From NCBI GenBank assembly GCA_032249395.1, contig JAVVFY010000004.1, positions 1-51,978 on the forward strand: DNA of 51,978 nt, written 5' to 3'. The translations under genes were made by a program, and so were the position numbers. The first letter of the stretch is position 1; each line of letters begins with the position of its first letter. Below are positions 17,304-25,824 of this stretch, piece after piece. The notes below the pieces were generated by a model. That model was not told the DNA's origin. It ran no database searches and worked only from the letters and a program-made list of their open reading frames with translations. This stretch comes from Candidatus Aenigmatarchaeota archaeon (GTDB taxonomy: Archaea; Aenigmatarchaeota; Aenigmatarchaeia; CG10238-14; SpSt-28).

Positions 17304-18377
17304 CTATCGATATTTAACTTCTTCTATTTTTTTCCATATGATTTTATCTTTTTCCTTAACATCGTCATAATATACTGTTCCTAGAATTTCTGGAGTAGGA
17401 ATATTGACATTAACGTAAATTTCTCCTCTCAGAGTATAGAGTAGCTTTTTAATATCAGTAGTGAATGGTATCTTCTTTTCCAACAATCTACAAACGATTT
17501 TATACATTCTTTCATCAATATAATCGATATAAACTGCAAACCTCCCTTTTATTGGAGGATATAAAAGTATTCCATTATACGAATAACCAGCAACAACTTC
17601 AAATGGATGTAAACCACATCTATTTTCCTCTTTCCATTTCATAAAAGCATATCTGTCATCTAAGGGAAGATCTAAAAGACCACAATCTCTAAAGTCTCCA
17701 ACTTCCTTTCTTACCTTTAAAATATCCTCTACACTAGCTTTAGAAATATCTAGCAAACCCAAAGCATCATAGACTAACCCAACAACATTCAGATATTCTC
17801 TTAGAGATATTTCATCAGAAGGCAGTCTTCTACTTCTATTAAGTTTATATTCCATTAAAACCCTTTCTGCTTCTTCTCTTGTTATGATAGGTTTAAATTC
17901 GTTCACATATTTCAATTTAACCTTTCCTACTCTGAAATTTGGAGAAATATCAGAATCATTTATTTTAACATCGCTTTTTGATCTTATTCTAGCAGTTTCG
18001 TATAATAAGTCGATTAGATTGAGCAACTTTTTATCGACATCATTGCTTCCCCTAGTGACTATTAAATTAATTATAGTTGGTGACACAATTCCATACTCTT
18101 CTAATTTAGGAAGATTCACTAAAGTAAAAGTAGCTAGCTTCACGCTATTGTCTTTATATATGAATGGAAGAAGTAAATGTTCATAAACCTTTCTATCTTT
18201 TCTTTTTTCTGTTGGCAAGAGTAAGGCTTCTAATTTTTGTAGTTTTTCATAGGCATCCGTGTTTTCTATCCAAACCTCTACTTTATGTCCATATAAAATC
18301 GAGATTTCATAAGGATCGACTTTATACTTTTCAATTAACTTTATTAAGTTCTCTTTAAGCTCTATAGCTGGATCCAT
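17304..18377 (-). CDS. Hypothetical protein (357 aa)
   Basis: Long ORF that begins 8 nt after the stop of the upstream phosphoesterase gene. No motif recognised. Confidence 0.55.
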   Translation of the reverse strand: MDPAIELKENLIKLIEKYKVDPYEISILYGHKVEVWIENTDAYEKLQKLEALLLPTEKRKDRKVYEHLLLPFIYKDNSVKLATFTLVNLPKLEEYGIVSPTIINLIVTRGSNDVDKKLLNLIDLLYETARIRSKSDVKINDSDISPNFRVGKVKLKYVNEFKPIITREEAERVLMEYKLNRSRRLPSDEISLREYLNVVGLVYDALGLLDISKASVEDILKVRKEVGDFRDCGLLDLPLDDRYAFMKWKEENRCGLHPFEVVAGYSYNGILLYPPIKGRFAVYIDYIDERMYKIVCRLLEKKIPFTTDIKKLLYTLRGEIYVNVNIPTPEILGTVYYDDVKEKDKIIWKKIEEVKYR

Positions 18378-18385
18378 ACATTAGG

Positions 18386-19135
18386 TTAAAGACTAATCTT
18401 AATATCTTTTATCTTTCCGAATCTTAGAGCACCAACTTCTTTATCTATTGCAATGACTTCTAATTCATCAACATTTACCTCTTCTTTTAACATCGGACTC
18501 AACAAATCTTCTTTATCAACAGCATTGATCTCTGTACCGCTAGAAAGAAAAGAAAAAGCTGGCAAGCAAACTATTCTCTTACCATTCTTCATCTTACCAT
18601 AAAGCAAGGCCGGCAATTTAATCTTATCAAATCCTTCCTTCAAAACGATAGCTGGTTCTTCATGGCCGATTATTAAAGTATGGAAATCCTGCGGATAAAC
18701 TATCTTTTTATGTCCATGAGTGAAGAGATAACCTTCCTCTAAATAATAAGGGTCAAAAACTCTCAAGTTAATTTTAGAGGCTATATTTAATAAATAATTA
18801 TCGTGATTCCCTCTAACTACTATTATTTCTTTTGTTTTCTTTCTTAAGAATTCGACCAATTCTATAACTTCTCTCCACTCTTGGCTACTGGCTTCTCCGA
18901 ACTCATGCTTAACATCGCCATTAATTAAAATTCTTTTCGATTTTACTTTTTTGAAAATATTGTTCAATTCTTTTTTTATCTCTTTAAGCTGAACCTGTGG
19001 GACAAAAATTCCTTTCTCTTCTGCTAAGTACAATTCTTCCCCAAGTTGCAAATCAGAAATTACAATTAAATCAAGGCTTTCAATAAAAATAGCTTTATGT
19101 CCGTTAATCACTTCTATATCTTCAAAAATTTTCAT
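18386..19135 (-). CDS. Metallophosphoesterase, COG1407/MJ0037-type (PdeM-like, SbcD/Mre11-related)
   Basis: LVISDLQLGEE, ILINGDVKHEF, VVRGNHDNYL, FTHGHK, IIGHEEP. Confidence 0.7.
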   Translation of the reverse strand: MKIFEDIEVINGHKAIFIESLDLIVISDLQLGEELYLAEEKGIFVPQVQLKEIKKELNNIFKKVKSKRILINGDVKHEFGEASSQEWREVIELVEFLRKKTKEIIVVRGNHDNYLLNIASKINLRVFDPYYLEEGYLFTHGHKKIVYPQDFHTLIIGHEEPAIVLKEGFDKIKLPALLYGKMKNGKRIVCLPAFSFLSSGTEINAVDKEDLLSPMLKEEVNVDELEVIAIDKEVGALRFGKIKDIKISL

Positions 19136-19212
19136 AGTATAATTTGAGTAAAAAAAACTAAATTAACATAAAAATTTATGCTATATGTGTAGATTTTTGA
19201 AGGGGTTGCATA

Positions 19213-19228
19213 AAAGCTTATAAGCTTT
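19213..19228. promoter_or_regulatory. Perfect 16-bp palindrome AAAGCTTATAAGCTTT in a divergent promoter region
   Basis: Read directly. It is self-complementary and contains a TTATAA core, 17-32 nt upstream of the ATG at 19245. Confidence 0.35.
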
Positions 19229-19244
19229 ACCTCCAAATAGTAGT

Positions 19245-19649
19245 ATGTTGGCTGAATACAATAGTGAAATAAAAGAATTGATAAATTTGGCCCTTAGGTT
19301 AGGGGGTAAAACCGAAAAACCGGAATGTAGAGGAAAGAAGATTAGAAGTTTATATGGAGCTGTTAAATTTTTAGAACAATGTGGTACCCATGAAGATATA
19401 GAAATATATAAAGAATATCTAATTCTTCTGATTAAAATAAATTTGGCCAGGATTTATGGTTATCCTACTTGTTTTCCGGAAGATGAATTGAGGAAAGGAT
19501 CTTTAAGGTGGGTAGCATGTCTATACGAACAAATTTTGGGAGCTATAAAAAGAAGAGATTTTTTTACAATAGAAAAAGTTTTTGAATTATATGAAAAGCT
19601 TAATGAATATAAAAGGCCGGAATGTCGTTATCTTGATGAAATTTATTAA
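19245..19649 (+). CDS. Hypothetical helical protein (134 aa)
   Basis: ORF with KPECR and RPECR motifs near the two ends. No family recognised. Confidence 0.4.
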   Translation: MLAEYNSEIKELINLALRLGGKTEKPECRGKKIRSLYGAVKFLEQCGTHEDIEIYKEYLILLIKINLARIYGYPTCFPEDELRKGSLRWVACLYEQILGAIKRRDFFTIEKVFELYEKLNEYKRPECRYLDEIY

Positions 19650-19670
19650 TTATTAAGTTATTTTTTATTA

Positions 19671-19922
19671 ATGCCAGAGGAAAAGTATCTTACTTTAAAC
19701 TTAAGAAAAACTCTAGTTAAAAAGCAAAACTGGAGAAGAAGCGAAGTAGCAATGCTTTTACTCAAAAGAATTTTGAAGAGACACCTTAAAACAGATAAAA
19801 TAAAGATATCTACCAGATTGAACAACTATATTTGGAGAAGAGGAATAAAAAATCCGGTAACAAAAGTAAGAGTAAAAATTGTAAAAGAGGGCGAATCTTT
19901 TAACGTAGATCTAGCAAGTTGA
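19671..19922 (+). CDS. rpl31e: 50S ribosomal protein L31e (eL31)
   Basis: LNLRKTLVKKQNWRRSEVAMLLLKRILKRHL...KISTRLNNYIWRRGIKNPVTKVRVKI matches the eL31 signature (lN..vW.rGi...p.riRV). Confidence 0.85.
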   Translation: MPEEKYLTLNLRKTLVKKQNWRRSEVAMLLLKRILKRHLKTDKIKISTRLNNYIWRRGIKNPVTKVRVKIVKEGESFNVDLAS

Positions 19923-19926
19923 TATA

Positions 19927-20568
19927 ATGAAGAAGCTTTTTGACTATTTTGGAGACTATAACATTGGATTTTTTGGAAGAGCAAGTGATAAAATTTTTAT
20001 TTCGAGTTTTGAGGAAGATTTCTACGATGTTTTAAAAGTTGATAACAAAAAAATGACAATAGGAGGAACAAAATTTATTGGGTTATTTTCTGCGATGAAC
20101 TCGAACGGGATAGTATTACCTTATCTAATAAAAGATTACGAATTGAAAGAAATTAAAAAAATTGGGTTGGATGTTTGTGTTTTAAAGGAAAAATTTACTG
20201 CAATAGGGAACTTAATAGTAGCTAATGATAAAGGCGCAATAGTTAGTGTATTGCTTTCTAAAAATAGTATAAAAAAAATTGAAGACACTCTAAAAGTTGA
20301 AGTAGTCAAGACGAAACTAGCAAATTCTAATGTTGTTGGTAGCGTTTGTTTCGCAACAAATAAAGGAGCAATTATACATAGAGAAGCTACTGATGAAGAC
20401 TTAATGTTAGTTAGAGATGTTCTAAAAGTAGATGTAGAGAGAGGTAGTGTAAATTTTGGTTCTCCATTCGTATCTAGCGGAATAATAGCAAATAGCTATG
20501 GTGCTATTATTGGAAGTAAGACTTCCGGTTATGAATTGGATGTAATATTTAGAGCTTTGAAGATTTAG
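19927..20568 (+). CDS. eif6: Translation initiation factor 6 (aIF6)
   Basis: Five-fold pseudo-repeat with IGLFSAMNSNGIVLP, GNLIVANDKGAIVS, VGSVCFATNKGAIIH and SSGIIANSYGAIIG. Directly follows rpl31e, as in many archaea. Confidence 0.9.
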   Translation: MKKLFDYFGDYNIGFFGRASDKIFISSFEEDFYDVLKVDNKKMTIGGTKFIGLFSAMNSNGIVLPYLIKDYELKEIKKIGLDVCVLKEKFTAIGNLIVANDKGAIVSVLLSKNSIKKIEDTLKVEVVKTKLANSNVVGSVCFATNKGAIIHREATDEDLMLVRDVLKVDVERGSVNFGSPFVSSGIIANSYGAIIGSKTSGYELDVIFRALKI

Positions 20569-20579
20569 AATTAATTCTT

Positions 20580-20639
20580 ATCAACTAAAATTTTCAACAA
20601 ACGGTAATGTTTCTAAGTATCTGACCATCAACTAAAATT
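20580..20639 (+). repeat. 13-bp direct repeat ATCAACTAAAATT (20580-20592 and 20627-20639)
   Basis: Read directly in the spacer between eif6 and the tRNA. Confidence 0.6.
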
Positions 20640-20739
20640 AGTATGCATGAAGTAAAAACTGTCTGTAGGAAATTATAATAGATTTCAGCGTACATAAATA
20701 AAATAAGCCAAAACCTGTATCAAATTGAAAGCTTCAAAT

Positions 20740-20841
20740 TGCCTGGGGCGGGATTCGAACCCGCGACCTCCGCGTTTCTTATCATCAATTCAAAGCTCAT
20801 TTATTATGAGCGCGGCGTTTTAACCACTCAACTACCCAGGC
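20740..20841 (-). tRNA. tRNA with CAU anticodon (elongator Met, or Ile2 if modified) containing a 29-nt intron at the canonical 37/38 position
   Basis: Revcomp: GCCTGGG TA GTTGAGTGGTTAAAAC G CCGCG CTCATA [ATAAATGAGCTTTGAATTGATGATAAGAA] A CGCGG AGGTC GCGGG TTCGAAT CCCGC CCCAGGC A. The intron spans 20804-20776. Intron ATGAGC pairs with exon GCTCAT (BHB-type helix). G1:C72 and the anticodon stem argue against an initiator. Confidence 0.85.
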
Positions 20842-20935
20842 AATTCAATATATTTTTAAATTTTGATTTTTATTATTCTTTTAACAACAAGATTTCCAAC
20901 ATCCTACTTTAAAATAAATTTAGATGCTTTCCGAA

Positions 20936-21028
20936 CCTTTTCCCTTTCTCACTAAACTATTCTTTAAAACTTCGTATACGCTCTATAATATTCAAGTGTA
21001 ATCCTTTCCTTATATCCTACTAAACTAT
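20936..21028. repeat. Imperfect direct repeat of about 25 bp (CCTTTTCCCTTTCTCACTAAACTAT / CCTTTCCTTATATCCTACTAAACTAT)
   Basis: Copies at 20936-20960 and 21003-21028 share the exact ACTAAACTAT end and a pyrimidine-rich body. Confidence 0.5.
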
Positions 21029-21200
21029 GCAATCTTTTTATAAAATCTATCCCTATCCTAAATATTGGATCTGGAAACTTCGCTTAGGTTTTTTACATAC
21101 ACGAAAGATTTAAAGATTTAAATATTTTTAATTTAGAAATTTATTTTGGGATCTTCATGGAAATCGAAAAAATCAACATGAAGAATTCTGCCAATATATA

Positions 21201-21512
21201 GTGAGTAATGTTCTAGAATATTTAGTAGTTCATTCAAGAAATCTGACAGATGGTCCAAACGGAGGAATATTGGTAAAGGAATTGCCTGCAGGTTTAGTAG
21301 TAAAGCTTTCAAAAAAAGCGTTTAATGAAGTATGTAAAAAAGAGCACTCAAGTAATCCAACTTTAGAAGTAATATCTTATTTGGAAGAATATTTTAGGAT
21401 AGAGACCGAAAAAATTCTAAAAACTACGAAGAACTATAAAAGTAATGACCTTCTATCTTTATATGGAAATGCTCTAGAATTACTCGAAAGACTAAAAAAC
21501 AGCAATCTATAG
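21201..21512 (+). CDS. Hypothetical protein (103 aa, GTG start)
   Basis: ORF only; no motif recognised. Confidence 0.35.
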   Translation: MSNVLEYLVVHSRNLTDGPNGGILVKELPAGLVVKLSKKAFNEVCKKEHSSNPTLEVISYLEEYFRIETEKILKTTKNYKSNDLLSLYGNALELLERLKNSNL

Positions 21513-21692
21513 ATTCCTTAGGATTCTTTTTTATTTTTTCTTTATTTCTTATTTCTCTTAACACCAATGTAAATTTTACAATTATCGTAGGCGGGGCTCA
21601 AAATTAGGAGTTTTGGGTGGTTATAAATCTCATTCAAAATTGATACACAAAAATTAAGCTAATCTATTTTTATTTTAAAAACAATTTTCACA

Positions 21693-22475
21693 ATGAGAGC
21701 TATTTTAAATGGCAACATAATTTTTGGCTTAATTTCAATTCCTGTAAAGCTTTACTCAGCAACTCAATCTAGAGCAATTTCTTTCAATAACTTACATTCT
21801 ATTTGTCACACAAAGATAAAAAGCAAAAGATGATGCCCCCAAATGCCAAAAGGAAGTTCCTTGGAATGAAGTAGAAAAAGGATTTAAGATTTCAAAAGAT
21901 CAATGGGTTATTTTAAGTAAGGAAGGAATTGAAAGAATAAAATTGACAACAAGCAAAAACATAGAAATTGCTTATTTGGTTGATGCTTCTTAAATTGACC
22001 CAATTTTCTTCGAGAAAACTTATTATTTAGTTCCAACAGAAGCCGGTTTAAAGCCTTGTTCTCTTTTTGTTGAAGCTTTAAGGATTGCTAATAAGGTGGC
22101 AATAGGAAAGATGATTTTAAGGAATAAAGAATATGTGGTTGCTTTGAGAGCTTTTAAAAAAGGTATCGCATTGCATACTTTATTCTATAAAGATGAAGTT
22201 AAAGATATTAATGAGTTAGATGAAATAAGAAAGCTTGTTGTTGTTAGCAAGGAAGAGTTAGAACTTGCAAAAATTTTGATTTCACAATTAACAAACGAAG
22301 ACTTTTAGATAGAAGAGTTCAGAGATAGATACACAGAAGCTTTTAAAGAGTTAATAAAAGCTAAGCTTGAAGGAAGGAATTTAAAGTGGAGGAAGAAAAA
22401 CCAAAAGTGGAAGAAAAAAGCCTTTTAGAAGCTTTGAAAGCAAGCGTAGAAGTTACAAAAAAGAAAAAGAAATAA
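21693..22475 (+). pseudogene. ku: Ku (NHEJ DNA end-binding protein) remnant with 2 frameshifts and 2 in-frame stops
   Basis: MRAILNGNIIFGLISIPVKLYSATQSRAISFNNLHSIC... (Ku N-terminus), then PKCQKEVPWNEVEKGFKISKDQWVIL, IDPIFFEKTYYLVPTE and VAIGKMILRNKEYVVALR. Lesions: frameshift at the A-run around 21818-21831, TAA at 21991-21993, TAG at 22306-22308, and a frameshift near 22371-22378. Confidence 0.8.
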
Positions 22476-22517
22476 GAGTAAATAGAAAATTCTTATTCTA
22501 TTAATACTATTTTTCTT

Positions 22518-23003
22518 ATGAATAAGAAAGCTCTAATAGAAGCTGCATTTTTCGTTTCAAATAAACCATTAAGTGTAAGATATCTTTCTAAACTATTTTC
22601 TATCCCTGAAGAAGAAGTCCAAAAAATAATTGAAGAAATTTCTAGCGAACTAAAAAATGAAAACAGAGGAATAATGCTAATTCAAACTTTAGACGGCTAT
22701 GAACTTGTTGTTAAACCTGAATACAGAAGCCTAGTATCTAAAATTGCTCCTTTTTCTGAACTATCAGAAGGTGTAAAAAGAACTTTGGCAATAATAATAG
22801 CTAAGCAGCCGGTAAAACAATCAACAATAGTAAAAATTCAAGGTAATAAGGCTTATGATTATTTGAAGATACTCGAGAAGAAAGGATTGATAAAAGCGGA
22901 AAAATTCGGAAGAACAAGAATTATAAGCTTAACTAAGAATTTTGAGGAATATTTTGGAAAGAGCATAGAGGAAATAAAAAAAGAAATTCTTTCCAAAACT
23001 TAG
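22518..23003 (+). CDS. scpB: Segregation and condensation protein B (ScpB)
   Basis: ALIEAAFFVSNKPLSVRYLSKLF...GIMLIQTLDGYELVVKPEY...LSEGVKRTLAIIIAKQPVKQSTIVKIQG. Two wHTH repeats typical of ScpB. Confidence 0.8.
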   Translation: MNKKALIEAAFFVSNKPLSVRYLSKLFSIPEEEVQKIIEEISSELKNENRGIMLIQTLDGYELVVKPEYRSLVSKIAPFSELSEGVKRTLAIIIAKQPVKQSTIVKIQGNKAYDYLKILEKKGLIKAEKFGRTRIISLTKNFEEYFGKSIEEIKKEILSKT

Positions 23004-23320
23004 TTTATCAGTATAAATTCTTGAATAATTCCTAATTCATTCATTCATGTGTTAATCGTATTATATTTTATTCATCTGAGAAAGACATTCTTCCATCAAT
23101 CTCCAGGGCGCTTTTTTTATGCTATATGCTAATGAAGAAAATCTCACATTAATTTAGATATGGTAACCATTTATATTGCTTCACTAATGTTGGTAAAAGA
23201 TAGTCAAAATGGTTTAATGAAACAATTATCATGACTATCGCAAGTAGAATACAGAGAACTGCATAAAGCTTTGGTTTGTCATAAGATACTTTAATAAATA
23301 TTTACATTCTAAAAATTGTT

Positions 23321-23515
23321 ATGGAGATTGAAACCTTGATTAGTATGCTTAAAAGGTATAAGAAAGAGATTGAGACAACTAATCAAATAACCATTATAGA
23401 GAATGTTTATTATGACGAGGAAAGCCAAACAGTTAGAAGGCAGATAATTATCGATTACCCCACCGAGTATAGGAAAAAAGGAAACAGGGAGAAAAAGGAT
23501 TCAATTCACCTTTAA
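23321..23515 (+). CDS. Hypothetical small protein (64 aa)
   Basis: ORF only. Confidence 0.3.
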   Translation: MEIETLISMLKRYKKEIETTNQITIIENVYYDEESQTVRRQIIIDYPTEYRKKGNREKKDSIHL

Positions 23516-23565
23516 ATCTTAAAAATATTATTTACCTTTCATTAACTCTTCATCATCCACAGCTT

Positions 23566-25794
23566 TTAGTTTCCTCCCCACCTTCTTTTCAGCTTTTCAT
23601 ATTCATCCATCAATGGAGTTGGTAGGAATAAATAGATTAATATTGCTATAATCGTCAAAACAATAATTACAATGAAAACAAAAAGCCACGGAAATCCGGA
23701 TCTAACTTCTCCTACTATAGAAAAAAGCGAAAGAGACGTCAGCTCAGCTTCATAATAGACGGCATTTTCGTCCTCAGATATTTTTTTAGTAGGTTTCGCT
23801 ATCCAGCTATTGTTTTCAAACTTATACAAATATACTTTTCTATCATCGATATTGTTCGCAGATATCCACACCTTTTCTACTTTAAACCTTATTTTGACAT
23901 TTGCTATTTTGTCGCTAGATACATTGGATACAATCTTGAAGTAAGTTAGTAAAATTTTATTTTTTTCTAAAAACTCTTTTTGTATTTCGGTTGGAGAGGC
24001 TATTTCAACCTTAACTTCTACATTCTTGATGTCCTGTATAGATGTTATTTCTATCTCGGTTACTTTTAATAGATCTGGATTTTCAGTTTTCATAATGAAA
24101 GGAGTGTTAGCTTTTAAATCTATAATATTTTTTGAAGATGGCAAGTATAGTTGTTGAGAGGCTGGCGATTGTGAGACATTTTGAGAAAAATTGGTAACTA
24201 TTGTTGTAGTTGTTGTTTCAACTTCTTTTGGTGGATATACTGTTAGAGTTTTTGTTATTGAAGCTGCTGAATAGTTTGCATTTCCGCTAGTGTTATAAGT
24301 GAAAATGTAATAGCCGGCTTTATCTGTTATTAGCTCATAATATCGATTCGGTAACTCAGTATCATTCAAATAAAGTTTACATACTAACTGAGGAGGACAT
24401 CCTACTCCAATTATTGTTTTATTAACTGGAGCTACATAATCTTGAACGTTTATTATATTTAATTGAGGAACAGCTTGGCTTATTGAGAAACTGCCAGAAG
24501 TGCAACTCATTTCATTTTGGGTATCGTTAGCGCAAAACTTCCAATTATAGTTTCCTGCAGCTAAATCTCTAACAGTAAAACTATACGTTTCGTTATCTTG
24601 CCTAGTAACAGGCAAATAGTAAGTTTGACCGTTGAAAATAAAGCTTACATTTGAAATGTTGTTCAAAGGATAAGCCAAAGAGTAAAAGGTTATTCTAAAA
24701 GTATAGCTGGCTCCAGGGGAATAAGTTGTAGAAGAAGGAACTTGCAGATCTTTGAACTTTAATCTAGGATATATTATTTTAACAAAAAAAGTTATTCCTG
24801 TTGAATTTGATGTATAGTTAGAGTTGGTAGAAGAAACATTAATCTTAGCTTCGTAAAATCCTACATCACTGTCATTTAAACTAACAATAACTTCTAATTT
24901 ATTTTCGTTGTACAGTTGAGGGGTGCCATTCACGAATAAATATAGTATTCCTTTTGCAATTGCTGTTAAGTTGAGAGTAGTTCTAGATTCTATTGTTTGA
25001 GTATCTCTTACTTCTACACCATTAATATAAACAGATATTGGAGTATCAGCAAGCTGAATTACATATGTAATATTTTGAGTAACATTCCAATTGCCGGAAG
25101 TATCATTAGCATACCATACAAACCAATAATTTCCTGCAGGCAGGTCTGTAAAATTAACAACATATATTCCTCTATTGTTGCTTCCAGCGAACAAAGGCAC
25201 TGTTAAATTTATAGATGAGTTGAAATTTGAAGAAAATATAACGGTTGAAATATTAACGTTATCTTCGAATGTTATTTGAAAACCATAATTTGATCCTTGA
25301 GAATATTTTGTATTATTAGCTTTAGAATAAGATAAGTTAGAAAAAATTGGGGCATCAACATCATAAATGGTAACATTTATTTCAAACAATTCTTCGGTAG
25401 AATTCAAATAAGTTAAGTTTACAAAAATTGTTAAAGTTGTGTTCGACGGTAGCGAAGGTACTTTAGAGCTGAACCAAAAATACTCAACTTTATTACTTTC
25501 TACAAATCCTTCAGGAGTTTTGTTAGTCCAAATTAAAAGATTCGATGGAGATGGATTATTTACTAATGAAATGTTTGCCGAAGTTCCTATGTTTGCAATG
25601 TTTGTAAAACCATAAGGCAAAAGTACTGATACTCTTGAAATGTTTAAAATTTCAGTATTGTTTACAGTAATATTAATTAGAGTAGTTTGAGTAGCATTTA
25701 AGGTAGAAGGTGTTATTTCTACTGTAGATGCAAAAGATGGAAAACACAAAACTAAAAAGAAAAGAATTAAAGATATTATTATTTTACTCTTCAT
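23566..25794 (-). CDS. Large secreted surface glycoprotein with a PGF-pre-PGF-like domain and a C-terminal membrane anchor
   Basis: Signal peptide MKSKIIISLILFFLVLCFPSFA, very many N-x-S/T sequons, a TTTT linker, a PGF-pre-PGF-like segment (YFKIVSNVSSDKIANVKIRFKVEKVWI...VYLYKFENNSWIAKPTKKI...YYEAELTSLSLFSIVGE), then the TM helix WLFVFIVIIVLTIIAILIYLF. Confidence 0.65.
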   Translation of the reverse strand: MKSKIIISLILFFLVLCFPSFASTVEITPSTLNATQTTLINITVNNTEILNISRVSVLLPYGFTNIANIGTSANISLVNNPSPSNLLIWTNKTPEGFVESNKVEYFWFSSKVPSLPSNTTLTIFVNLTYLNSTEELFEINVTIYDVDAPIFSNLSYSKANNTKYSQGSNYGFQITFEDNVNISTVIFSSNFNSSINLTVPLFAGSNNRGIYVVNFTDLPAGNYWFVWYANDTSGNWNVTQNITYVIQLADTPISVYINGVEVRDTQTIESRTTLNLTAIAKGILYLFVNGTPQLYNENKLEVIVSLNDSDVGFYEAKINVSSTNSNYTSNSTGITFFVKIIYPRLKFKDLQVPSSTTYSPGASYTFRITFYSLAYPLNNISNVSFIFNGQTYYLPVTRQDNETYSFTVRDLAAGNYNWKFCANDTQNEMSCTSGSFSISQAVPQLNIINVQDYVAPVNKTIIGVGCPPQLVCKLYLNDTELPNRYYELITDKAGYYIFTYNTSGNANYSAASITKTLTVYPPKEVETTTTTIVTNFSQNVSQSPASQQLYLPSSKNIIDLKANTPFIMKTENPDLLKVTEIEITSIQDIKNVEVKVEIASPTEIQKEFLEKNKILLTYFKIVSNVSSDKIANVKIRFKVEKVWISANNIDDRKVYLYKFENNSWIAKPTKKISEDENAVYYEAELTSLSLFSIVGEVRSGFPWLFVFIVIIVLTIIAILIYLFLPTPLMDEYEKLKRRWGGN

Positions 25795-25824
25795 TCATTT
25801 TATTTCTTTCGTCTAAATAAAAAT

